In this document: positions 24,321 to 32,000 of the stretch, in pieces | How positions within the stretch are numbered: the stretch's first letter is position 1 | Layout: the number at the start of each line of letters is the position of its first letter | DNA from: an uncultured Erysipelotrichaceae bacterium | Lineage (GTDB): Bacteria; Bacillota_I; Bacilli_A; Erysipelotrichales; Erysipelotrichaceae | Length of the DNA: 32,000 bases | Reading direction: 5' to 3' | NCBI GenBank assembly: GCA_942493105.1 | Contig: OW818668.1 | Span: forward strand, 960,001-992,000 | Notes under the pieces: generated by a model | Databases searched by the model: none | What the model saw: only the letters and a program-made list of their open reading frames with translations | What the model was told of the DNA's origin: nothing | Program-made: the position numbers and the translations under genes

Positions 24321-24914
24321 TTAAAAAAAGACAACCTCGTTATACTGAATAGTATAAGGAGGTTTTTTAATGTGTTTACTAAGACCCATTTCACCTTTAT
24401 TTTGTCGATCAGACAACTCACAATATGCTTTTGCCTTAAATGGGATAAGGTGGTATTCATCCAGGATGGATATGCCATCAACAATGTTCTTACCTTCAAG
24501 TAGAAAATTGTAGTAGTCATCGCTTAAGAGAATTGCAGATAAACTCGAAATATCATCTGCGATATGAAGTGGTAACAAGTGACCCCTATGACCAATATCA
24601 AAATTTAGGGATGACCTTGAAAACAACTCGATCATATAAGGATATTGAGTATTTTCAGGATTTTCGAATCTATAGAAATGTGCTTTTTCTTGACCAAATG
24701 TTGTTTTGTATTGCCCCTTCTTTATGAATTCCCAAAATTTCTTCCCAAATTCTTCACTGATGTGTTCAACAATCAACACCATGTCAATATCTTTTGTTGC
24801 TCTAAAGTCACCGCCTGCTTTCTCAAAAAGAATAGTGCATGCAGTGCCTCCAATGACTACATAACAATGCTCGAAACCAAAGAAATGTTCTCTAAATAGT
24901 TCAAGCCCCCTCAT
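24321..24914 (-). CDS. Nucleotidyltransferase-fold protein, AbiEii/AbiGii-toxin-like; possibly C-terminally truncated
   Basis: VVIGGTACTILFEKAGGDFRATKDIDMVL matches the GGTA...R.T.DID NTase signature. A 4-nt overlap links it to the upstream wHTH gene. The final ~12 codons are encoded by the terminator hairpin. Confidence 0.5.
   Translation of the reverse strand: MRGLELFREHFFGFEHCYVVIGGTACTILFEKAGGDFRATKDIDMVLIVEHISEEFGKKFWEFIKKGQYKTTFGQEKAHFYRFENPENTQYPYMIELFSRSSLNFDIGHRGHLLPLHIADDISSLSAILLSDDYYNFLLEGKNIVDGISILDEYHLIPFKAKAYCELSDRQNKGEMGLSKHIKKPPYTIQYNEVVFF
24323..24368. terminator. Bidirectional rho-independent terminator
   Basis: The stem AACCTC-g-TTATACT (24333-24346) / AGTATAA-g-GAGGTT (24351-24364) has the loop GAAT. 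An A7 run lies on the left and a T6 run on the right. It overlaps the last codons of the minus-strand NTase ORF. Confidence 0.7.
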
Positions 24915-25879
24915 TGTTTCCTTTCCAACAGTGATTGTATTTCTATGTCAATTCTTGGATCATCTAAATTTTTGAGTTCTGCATAAATTGATCCGATATC
25001 TACGCTTTGGTTTTTAGAAAACAGCTTAGGATCATAAGTCCAAATTTCAAAAGTAATTCTTGTTTTGATATGAGTGTCATATGCATCGTCTTTTTCACTA
25101 AATAGGATTCTTTTGTCTATCTTTTTGGCTGATTTCTTACTTATCGCATACGTTATGTTTTGTGGATTATTCAACATGGATAACTCAGAAAGAGCAGATT
25201 CATTTGAAACAAAGTAATCTATACCAACAGGTAGTGTCTTCAAAGAGATTGTCTTTTGAATTGGACTGACTAAAAACTCTTTTCCGATTTGCCAATAGGA
25301 TTCTTTCTCTACTCTCGTATAGTGCTTCCTTGTCGCATTTCCTTGAACCTTAATCAGGTTTAGAATGATGAGACTATCTATGGCGCGATAAATTGTGATC
25401 TTTGCCAGATCCAATTTCTTGGTTAGATCATTTACATCGATTTTTTCAGTTTCTTGATAGAAGATTGCCAAATAAACACATTGAGTAGATGGTGTAAAAG
25501 TTTTGATCGTTGGTTTGTTAAGAGCGACTTTTTCACTAAAGTTTAGATAAATAAAAGGCAGATATATCTGCATATATGGCACAACGAATGCAATTCTTTT
25601 CTCAACAAGGCCTCTTCTTTGATAAGGTCTGAGTTCATTAAACAATAGGATAAATTTACTGTCGAAATTTTCACTTAGACTTGTTAAGTGCTTAAGGATT
25701 TTTTCTGTCAGAATTTGTTTTCCATGATATTCCATAAAGAGACAATTGTGCCCATGCAAAACACCTTCATAAAACTCATATTCATTTCTGATCAGTAATG
25801 GGATTTTGTTGAATCCTTCGAATTTTATCAAGCTGATATCTTCACCAAACACATCTTTCAAATACTGTTCAACGCGCAC
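24911..25879 (-). CDS. Winged-helix DNA-binding protein, putative AbiEi-like antitoxin/regulator partner
   Basis: Internal wHTH-like segment LDLAKITIYRAIDSLIILNLIKVQG. GTG start with the RBS AGGTGG. Gene order (regulator first, NTase second, overlapping) matches type IV TA AbiE loci. The family call is tentative. Confidence 0.45.
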   Translation of the reverse strand: MRVEQYLKDVFGEDISLIKFEGFNKIPLLIRNEYEFYEGVLHGHNCLFMEYHGKQILTEKILKHLTSLSENFDSKFILLFNELRPYQRRGLVEKRIAFVVPYMQIYLPFIYLNFSEKVALNKPTIKTFTPSTQCVYLAIFYQETEKIDVNDLTKKLDLAKITIYRAIDSLIILNLIKVQGNATRKHYTRVEKESYWQIGKEFLVSPIQKTISLKTLPVGIDYFVSNESALSELSMLNNPQNITYAISKKSAKKIDKRILFSEKDDAYDTHIKTRITFEIWTYDPKLFSKNQSVDIGSIYAELKNLDDPRIDIEIQSLLERKQ

Positions 25880-25914
25880 TTTAACACCACCTTTATCATT
25901 TGTAATTGAATAAT

Positions 25915-25929
25915 ATCATTTGAAATGAT
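25915..25929. promoter_or_regulatory. Perfect 15-bp palindrome upstream of the wHTH/NTase pair (candidate autoregulatory operator)
   Basis: ATCATTTGAAATGAT lies 36 bp upstream of the GTG start. A half-site repeat TATCATTTG also occurs at 25894-25902, and AAATGAT recurs at ~25943. Confidence 0.45.
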
Positions 25930-26027
25930 ACAATACAACATTAAATGATTTAATTATTGATAAACATGCAAAAGAAAACTAAATACATTGGTTTAATCGT
26001 GAAAGACAAACAACTTATTTGCATATA

Positions 26028-26062
26028 AAACCCCACTTCAGGTTAAGTTTGAAATGGGGTTT
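26028..26062 (-). terminator. Hairpin terminator downstream of the NIF3-like gene
   Basis: AAACCCCACTTCA (26028-26040) pairs with TGAAATGGGGTTT (26050-26062), giving 13 bp with one mismatch. Confidence 0.55.
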
Positions 26063-26117
26063 GTATCGTTTTCTGTTTAATTGGTTGTATGACTTGCCAA
26101 AGTTATTTCAGACCTCT

Positions 26118-26918
26118 TTAGTTAAAAGTATGATACTGATAACCTTCATCAAGATAAGTAATATCAATATCTTTAAAGTTTAGTTTGAGATATTCCACCA
26201 TATGCATCATGCCTGGTATTTCCGCAATTGGATGATGCGTCAAAATTAATGGGATATCTTTATCAACACAATATTGGCCATGGATCCAATTGGTGATCCC
26301 ATCATCAGTCACCACCAAACAATCTGCTTCTTCCTTCAACATATTGAACACATCTGTAATGGCACCTGTCCCAATCCCAATGGATCTGATGATCTTATTT
26401 GGATCACCTAATACAGTCACACTGTCTTGGCCATAAGGTTTGATTCCTGTTGCTATTTTTTTGGCAATTTCCGCAACCGTTGTCGGTTCAAAACGCGCAT
26501 ATTTATAGAATGAATTGACAGGTCTAGGATCAAACTTTAAGCCCATCGCATCGCCCCAAGAGTCGGGAATTCCATACGTAGGCATTCTATCCCAAACATC
26601 ATGACAACGCGCAACACAGATGCCGTGTGTGGCTAATAGAGCCATCTTCTGACGTCTTGCTTCCAATAGTTTTTGATGAGGAGAAGTACTTTCTTCATAG
26701 AAACAATTCTCATGGGTCACGATAAAATTGATGCCTTGAAGTGCAGCTTGTTTAATGACATTCATGGTAACGATCCAACAGACCCCAACTTTTTTAACTT
26801 CCTGTGATGGATCTCCAAATAAGACAATATCTCTTGTCTTATCAAAATTGACCCAAGGTCCTTGGTGATGCAGATGATCGATGATAACCTGTGCTTTCAT
26901 GGTGCTCCTTATGATCAT
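26118..26918 (-). CDS. NIF3-family (GTP cyclohydrolase 1 type 2 homolog / dinuclear metal centre) protein
   Basis: VKKVGVCWIVTMNVIKQAALQGINFIVTHE at the N-terminus and LILTHHPIAE near the C-terminus follow the NIF3 pattern. The ~266-aa length fits the family. Confidence 0.6.
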   Translation of the reverse strand: MIIRSTMKAQVIIDHLHHQGPWVNFDKTRDIVLFGDPSQEVKKVGVCWIVTMNVIKQAALQGINFIVTHENCFYEESTSPHQKLLEARRQKMALLATHGICVARCHDVWDRMPTYGIPDSWGDAMGLKFDPRPVNSFYKYARFEPTTVAEIAKKIATGIKPYGQDSVTVLGDPNKIIRSIGIGTGAITDVFNMLKEEADCLVVTDDGITNWIHGQYCVDKDIPLILTHHPIAEIPGMMHMVEYLKLNFKDIDITYLDEGYQYHTFN

Positions 26919-27086
26919 AATGATAAATTTTCATCATGATGTATATACAAGATATTATATAATGTTTTATAATGTTAAACAATGGGTCATTGTAAAGCGA
27001 CTCAAAGTTTTATCAATCAGCTCAAGAATTTATCTCATGATCAATAATGAGTGTTGAAATATACTTAAAGGATAGGAACCTAAACG

Positions 27087-27914
27087 ATGAAAAATGTAAA
27101 AGTAATCTTCTTTGATATCGATGGAACATTGATCGAACCCAACATCAATATGCACCAACCCCATGAATCAACCCTCAAAGCTTTTGATGCTTTGAAGAAA
27201 AAAGGGATTTTTGTGGTGGCTGCATCAGGTCGTACCCCTGTTTCAGTCGGACACGTCACAGATTATCCGTTTGATGGATTTGCATCTGCCAACGGTTCAC
27301 TCGTTTATGCTCAAGGAAAATTGATCTATTCGGGGGGCTTGTCCAAAAAAGAAGTACGTGTTTTATGGGATTACCTCGTTGACCATAAAGTTGGATTCAT
27401 GCTTCAGGGCGATAACATCTACTTCTATCACGATGAATCAGATTTTGCAATCGGCAACAGTTTGCGCAACATCAGAACTAGAGGTAAAGGAGCCCAAGCC
27501 ATCAAAGGCAAAGGTGATTTAGAAGATGGGCAAATCTTTAAAGCAACCGTATTTTTTGAATCTGCCCAACAAAAAGAAAAAACACACAACGATTTAAAGG
27601 ATCGATACAATCTCATGTATTTCACGCATGTCGGAAAAGATCCAGAGACGATTCTTTCAGCCGGAGAAATATCTGCCCTTAACGACAACAAAGGCAGCGG
27701 GATCAAACACCTCTTGGACTACTGGAACATCAAACCTGAAGAAGCCATGGCTTTTGGGGACAACTCCAACGACATTGAGATGTTTGAAGTAGTTGATGGT
27801 TATGCCATGGAAGAAGCAGTCCAAGCCCTAAAAGATAAGTCTGTGGAAGTCATTGGATCGGTCAATTCAGATACGATCTATCAATTGTTAAAAAGAAAAG
27901 GCATTATCGATTAG
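27087..27914 (+). CDS. Cof-type HAD-IIB phosphatase, paralog A
   Basis: HAD motif I FFDIDGTL, motif IV GDNSNDIEMF, and a cap insertion of IIB type. Confidence 0.85.
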   Translation: MKNVKVIFFDIDGTLIEPNINMHQPHESTLKAFDALKKKGIFVVAASGRTPVSVGHVTDYPFDGFASANGSLVYAQGKLIYSGGLSKKEVRVLWDYLVDHKVGFMLQGDNIYFYHDESDFAIGNSLRNIRTRGKGAQAIKGKGDLEDGQIFKATVFFESAQQKEKTHNDLKDRYNLMYFTHVGKDPETILSAGEISALNDNKGSGIKHLLDYWNIKPEEAMAFGDNSNDIEMFEVVDGYAMEEAVQALKDKSVEVIGSVNSDTIYQLLKRKGIID

Positions 27915-27973
27915 CTTCATAAAAGAATTTGGTGAACCAAAACATGTCTTATAAAAATAAGGAACTCAGAGTG

Positions 27974-28801
27974 ATGAAAAATATAAAAGCAGTTTTCTTT
28001 GATGTTGATGGAACATTGGTTGATCAGATGAACAAGATGCAAGGGCCTCATGAATCCACTCTGAAAGCCTTTGATGCCTTAAAGAAAAAAGGGATTCTTG
28101 TGGTTGCAGCTTCTGGACGCACTCCGGTTTCAGTCGGACATGTCACAGATTATCCGTTTGATGGGTTTGTATCAGCAAATGGGTCCTTGATTTATGTTCA
28201 AGGTAAAAAAACATATACTGGGGGGCTAACACCAAAAGAAGTTCGTTTTCTATGGGATTACTTTGTTGAAAACAAGATTGGTTTTATGATGCAAGGGGAT
28301 GGTATCAATATTTACCATGATGAACAAGATTTTGGGATAAAATCCAGTCTTGCTCGTATGAGAAATGTCAAAAGCAATACACAAGTTGTATTTGGGAATG
28401 GTGATGTTGAAGAGGGAACGGTTTTTAAATTCGTCGTATTTTATCCTTCAATTGGTCTTAGAGAAAAAGCTGAACGTGATTTTAAAGGTAAGTTCTACAA
28501 CATGCATTATACTCAGTTCGGTGAGAACCCTGGCATTATCCATTTGTCTGGTGAAATAACAAGTTTAAAGGATACTAAAGGCAGCGGAATAAAGCATTTC
28601 TTAGATTACTTGGATATTAAATCTGAAGAAGCCATGGCCTTTGGGGACAACTCCAACGACATTGAGATGTTTGAAGTGGTCGATGGCTATGCGATGGAAG
28701 AAGCTGTTCAGGCGCTTAAAGATAAGGCCGTGGAAGTCATAGGACCTGTTAATTCAGATACGATCTATCAATTACTTAAAAGAAAAGGCATCATCGATTA
28801 A
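27974..28801 (+). CDS. Cof-type HAD-IIB phosphatase, paralog B
   Basis: FFDVDGTL and GDNSNDIEMF motifs. The ATG at 27974 (MKNIKAVFF...) aligns with the paralog A start and follows AAGGAA; the track's TTG at 27929 is less likely. Confidence 0.85.
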   Translation: MKNIKAVFFDVDGTLVDQMNKMQGPHESTLKAFDALKKKGILVVAASGRTPVSVGHVTDYPFDGFVSANGSLIYVQGKKTYTGGLTPKEVRFLWDYFVENKIGFMMQGDGINIYHDEQDFGIKSSLARMRNVKSNTQVVFGNGDVEEGTVFKFVVFYPSIGLREKAERDFKGKFYNMHYTQFGENPGIIHLSGEITSLKDTKGSGIKHFLDYLDIKSEEAMAFGDNSNDIEMFEVVDGYAMEEAVQALKDKAVEVIGPVNSDTIYQLLKRKGIID

Positions 28802-28910
28802 ACATCATAATGAATGTGGGTGTCATTGTGTTCATAAACATCATATAATAAGGATATGAACTTTAACTTTGTCAATACGATATTGATACTTAGTGTCCTA
28901 GGGGGTTTAT

Positions 28911-30887
28911 ATGATTGCCGATAGAAAAAGATTGCTTCTGATGTTTTTTATCTTGGCCAATGCTAAAGGTGAAGTCAGGGCCAAAGATATCGCAGAATCG
29001 ATTGGGGTCAGTATCCGTACTGTTAAGAAAGATATGGAAGATTTTGACTTGTTTGCGAAAGCAAGCGGAAGCAGGATCGTTTCTAAACGCGGTCTAGGTT
29101 ATATCTTAGAAGTCACAGATCCAGCCCTTTTTAATCCAGTCAAGGAACAACTCGATATCCGATTTGGAAACATCGATTACTCTAAAATCGAATATGTATC
29201 TCGTTCACGAGACATCATCAGACGTCTGTTTTCAGAAGAAGATTACATCAAGATCGATGATATCGCCACTGAACTCTATTTGACCCGTAGTTCAATCAAA
29301 AATGATCTGATTGAAGTTCGTGAAATATTGGATTCTTATAAATTGAAGTTACATTCAAAACCACGCTTTGGGGTTAAAATCGTCGGCGATGAAATGTTTC
29401 AACGTTTGTGTATGATCGAACTGTATGAAGTTCATTACGATCGTGCCATGACTATTTTTCAATACAATCGTTATTTAACATTCTTTGAGGTTGCGGATCA
29501 AGAACGCGCAGATATTCGTCGTAATTTCTTAAAAACCATGCGTGAATCAAAGTGCTGTGTCCTAGATACCTTGACGCAGCGTGTTGCCTTATATCTCATC
29601 TTGTTACGCAAGCGGTATAAGTTGGGTTATAGATTATCATTTACTGAAGGACAAGCAAACTACTTAAGAGGATTCACAGAATATGAGATCGCAAAGAAAA
29701 TTCTAAAGAATCTTGAAGTCTTTGGTGGTTTTAACGTAGATGACAATGAAGTGTTGGCTTTAGAATTCATCATATTGATTTGGAGCGATCTTACACCTCA
29801 AGACAACATCAAAGAACGTTTCCCTAAAGAGTATGAACAAGCTCTAGAAATTTGTGTCACAGCCAAAAAGAGAATCAATGATCGATGGAACATCGACTTT
29901 TCAAAAATATCAGATTTTGATGAGATCATGATCCCAGCTTTGATCCCCATTATCTTTCAGATCCTTTTCCAGTGCAGTCAATATCGCATCATGGGTTCTT
30001 TCTCTAATACCAATTCCATTCATACATCTCCCTTAAGTATCGCCATGGCCAATTCGACCGCAAGGTCGATTGAAGAAGCGTGTAACTGTAAATTATCTGA
30101 CCATTGCATCAACATGCTGGCCATTCGCTTCTATGCGATCCTTGATCGTATCCAATATCAATATAAACCCAGAAAACTGATCGTCTGCAGTCGCAATGGT
30201 AAACAAGCCTCTAGTGTTATTCGTGAGCGTCTTTTAAGAACGTTTAATCCAAAGCATTTCTCAGGTATCGACATCGCTGAATTCTACGAAGTCAGAGGAT
30301 TGAATCAAGCTGAATATGATGCGATGATCTTAAATCTTCCGGAATATACGTATCGCTATGATATGCCTTATATTCCTGTCGCAAACACGCTGAATAATCA
30401 AGAAATCAAACAAATCTATGAGAAAGTCATGTTGAATGGCTATGAACTGTTTCCTTTGTTTAAAAATCTGAATTTTCAGCCCAACTTTGTCTTTAAAGAT
30501 TTTAAATATGAATCTCAAGAAGCTTTCATTCATCTTTTAAGTTTCAAGGTTGGAAAAAATAGTGACTCGATCAAACGGCTTGAGTTATATCTAAGCAACT
30601 TGACTGATATATATGTCCACAATCGAATTGGTATCCTCATCATCAGTACGGTGATGACTGACCGCAATATCTTTGAAATCTATCAATTATCAAAAGTCGG
30701 ATATTGGGGAAAAAAGGAAGTCAAGACCATTGTCTTTCTTTCAATCAACTTCAATCAAAATATGCAGCTCTTAAAATTCATCGAAAATCTGACCCATGAG
30801 TTGATTATTGAGCCCAATCATGTAGAAACTCTGATCAAATCCGAAAATCTAGAAGATATGGTTCAAATCGTTAAGATGAGCATCTGA
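28911..30887 (+). CDS. PRD-domain PTS-responsive transcriptional regulator (MtlR/LicR/ManR-like: HTH + Mga-like + PRDs + EIIB/EIIA-like tail)
   Basis: N-terminal HTH VRAKDIAESIGVSIRTVKKDMEDF. The 658-aa length and the position upstream of a mannose-family PTS operon fit this class. No AAA+ sigma-54 module is evident. Confidence 0.7.
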   Translation: MIADRKRLLLMFFILANAKGEVRAKDIAESIGVSIRTVKKDMEDFDLFAKASGSRIVSKRGLGYILEVTDPALFNPVKEQLDIRFGNIDYSKIEYVSRSRDIIRRLFSEEDYIKIDDIATELYLTRSSIKNDLIEVREILDSYKLKLHSKPRFGVKIVGDEMFQRLCMIELYEVHYDRAMTIFQYNRYLTFFEVADQERADIRRNFLKTMRESKCCVLDTLTQRVALYLILLRKRYKLGYRLSFTEGQANYLRGFTEYEIAKKILKNLEVFGGFNVDDNEVLALEFIILIWSDLTPQDNIKERFPKEYEQALEICVTAKKRINDRWNIDFSKISDFDEIMIPALIPIIFQILFQCSQYRIMGSFSNTNSIHTSPLSIAMANSTARSIEEACNCKLSDHCINMLAIRFYAILDRIQYQYKPRKLIVCSRNGKQASSVIRERLLRTFNPKHFSGIDIAEFYEVRGLNQAEYDAMILNLPEYTYRYDMPYIPVANTLNNQEIKQIYEKVMLNGYELFPLFKNLNFQPNFVFKDFKYESQEAFIHLLSFKVGKNSDSIKRLELYLSNLTDIYVHNRIGILIISTVMTDRNIFEIYQLSKVGYWGKKEVKTIVFLSINFNQNMQLLKFIENLTHELIIEPNHVETLIKSENLEDMVQIVKMSI

Positions 30888-30899
30888 TTTTATGTAGTG

Positions 30900-31030
30900 T
30901 AAAGTGCACTTGCTAAAGTGCACACATTAGGCAATGCACTTATATCATTGAAATAATGAGCATAGAATGGCAACTTGAAAGCGCTTATAATACCCTTATG
31001 AAGAAGTGCGCACTTCATCACAATTTTTAG
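30900..31030 (+). promoter_or_regulatory. Regulatory leader of the mannose-family PTS operon
   Basis: Direct repeats TAAAGTGCAC at 30900-30909 and 30914-30923. Perfect TATAAT at 30986-30991 with a poor -35. The 14-bp palindrome GAAGTGCGCACTTC (31003-31016) extends to 30999-31020 and is followed by CAATTTTT. Confidence 0.5.
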
Positions 31031-31042
31031 AAAGGGGATCCT

Positions 31043-31462
31043 TTGAGAAGAGTACTGATCGCCTCACACGGCCGTTTTGCCAGCGGGATAAAAAGTTCAC
31101 TTGATATCCTTCTGGGTAATTCCGACCATGTCTCAGCCATCGACGCTTATCTAGATGATTCCGATCTCATGACTGAAGTGAAAAAGTACTTAGCTTCAGT
31201 TTCAGACGAAGATCAGGTCATTATGCTCAGCGATCTCTATGGTGGCAGTGTTAATCAGGTTTTGTTTCAGTTATTGGGCCGTCCCAAAACGATCTTGATT
31301 TCAGGAATCAATCTAGCATTGGTCCTAGAAATTGCGGTCATTAAAGATTCCGAATTAACTGATTCGGAACTGGAAAACTTAATTGAGAATAGTCGTCAAG
31401 CCTTAGTGGTCGTCAAAAATGAAGTGACTGACCAGCCTGAGAGCACTGACTTCTTCAATTAA
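31043..31462 (+). CDS. PTS EIIA component, mannose/fructose/sorbose family
   Basis: VLIASHGRFASGIKSSLDILLG (phospho-His context). 139 aa. TTG start after the RBS AAAGGGGA. Confidence 0.8.
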   Translation: MRRVLIASHGRFASGIKSSLDILLGNSDHVSAIDAYLDDSDLMTEVKKYLASVSDEDQVIMLSDLYGGSVNQVLFQLLGRPKTILISGINLALVLEIAVIKDSELTDSELENLIENSRQALVVVKNEVTDQPESTDFFN

Positions 31463-31478
31463 GCATGGAGAGAAAGAA

Positions 31479-31970
31479 ATGATTAAATTTTTCAGAATCG
31501 ATGAACGTCTGATCCACGGACAGATCGTCATCAAATGGTCAAGACACCTCAGCATCGATCATATCGTCGTTGCGAACAATGCAGCTGCTGCCAGCACACT
31601 GATCCAAAGATCATTGTTGATGGCTGCACCTTCAACGATCAAAACAGCGATCAAAACGATAGATGATGCGGTAACCTTGCTGAACGATCCAAGAGCAAAA
31701 GATTTTGTTGTGTTGGTTTTGGTCAATTCTCCAGAAGATGCGGTCGAACTGGTCAACAGAGTTCCGGGCATTCCTTTTGTCAACATTGGGAATTATGGAC
31801 GCATTGCTCCTGAAAAGCCAGGCATGAAACGTAAGACCTTTGCCAACAACATTTATGCAGATGAAATCGAAGTTACCTGTTTCAAAACTTTGATGTCAAA
31901 AGGGTTAAAGGTTCAATATCAAGTAACGCCTGAGGATGAACCTAAAGATTTAAGCAGTATTATTAAATAA
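31479..31970 (+). CDS. PTS EIIB component, mannose/sorbose family
   Basis: FRIDERLIHGQIVIKW (RIDxRLIHGQ active-site His motif). 163 aa. Confidence 0.85.
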   Translation: MIKFFRIDERLIHGQIVIKWSRHLSIDHIVVANNAAAASTLIQRSLLMAAPSTIKTAIKTIDDAVTLLNDPRAKDFVVLVLVNSPEDAVELVNRVPGIPFVNIGNYGRIAPEKPGMKRKTFANNIYADEIEVTCFKTLMSKGLKVQYQVTPEDEPKDLSSIIK

Positions 31971-31989
31971 ACACGAAAGGGAAATACTA

Positions 31990-32000
31990 TGGTTCAAAGT
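31990..32000 (+). CDS. Start of the next ORF (expected PTS EIIC, mannose family); only 11 nt are in the window
   Basis: ATG at 31990 after the RBS-like GAAAGGGA. The call rests on operon context only. Confidence 0.3.

Noticed and set aside
30968-30982. Sigma-54 promoter (TGGCAACTTGAAAGC with GG and GC at the canonical -24/-12 spacing) for the mannose-family PTS operon
   Set aside because: The -12 element reads AAGC instead of TTGC. The adjacent regulator is 658 aa with no evident AAA+ sigma-54 activator module, unlike LevR-type regulators. A perfect sigma-A TATAAT lies 4 bp downstream. The match is probably fortuitous.
24269-31786. Short overlapping track ORFs 24269-24520, 24533-24727, 24645-24899, 27428-27706, 28365-28559, 30330-30533 and 31559-31786
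   Set aside because: They are shadow ORFs inside or antisense to the NTase, HAD, PRD-regulator and EIIB genes, with no supporting motifs.
1-32000. CRISPR arrays, tRNA or rRNA genes, and intact mobile elements or integrases
   Set aside because: I found no regularly spaced direct repeats, cloverleaf-like sequences, rRNA-like stretches, or intact transposase or integrase ORFs. Only the decayed IS256-type fragment was found.

Overview
AT-rich bacterial chromosome segment using standard code 11 (TGA is a stop). It looks Bacillota/Mycoplasmatota-like, but the taxon cannot be fixed from sequence alone. I saw no rRNA, tRNA or CRISPR array. The window has two parts. (1) About 1-8.3 kb is a visibly more AT-rich accessory or defence-type island. 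It holds a 5'-truncated DUF2075 P-loop ATPase directly followed by a MutT-like NUDIX hydrolase. Next is a convergent 909-aa PLD-nuclease/DExH-helicase/DUF3427 protein whose last ~45 codons sit in another frame. An IS256-family transposase remnant follows, then a tightly coupled four-gene operon at 5.3-8.3 kb. That operon encodes a small protein with a Gly-rich N-terminus, a PfkB-kinase/nucleoside-2-deoxyribosyltransferase-like fusion, an orphan QueC-like PP-loop enzyme and an HhH-GPD (EndoIII/OGG-like) glycosylase. The operon matches no described system I know and is my lead candidate for a novel 7-deazapurine-linked system. It partly resembles type IV CBASS and Qat accessory modules but lacks their core genes. 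(2) About 9.1-32 kb is mostly ordinary carbohydrate and nucleoside metabolism. It contains a GntR regulator with a split ascorbate-family PTS and an M20D amidohydrolase. It also contains a LacI-controlled nucleoside uptake/salvage operon: ribokinase, BMP-type ABC transporter, two nucleoside hydrolases and a nucleoside phosphorylase. Further right are a NIF3-like gene, two tandem Cof-type HAD phosphatases, and a PRD-type regulator with the start of a mannose-family PTS. An AT-rich AbiE-like wHTH/nucleotidyltransferase pair is inserted at 24.3-25.9 kb next to a long imperfect inverted repeat.
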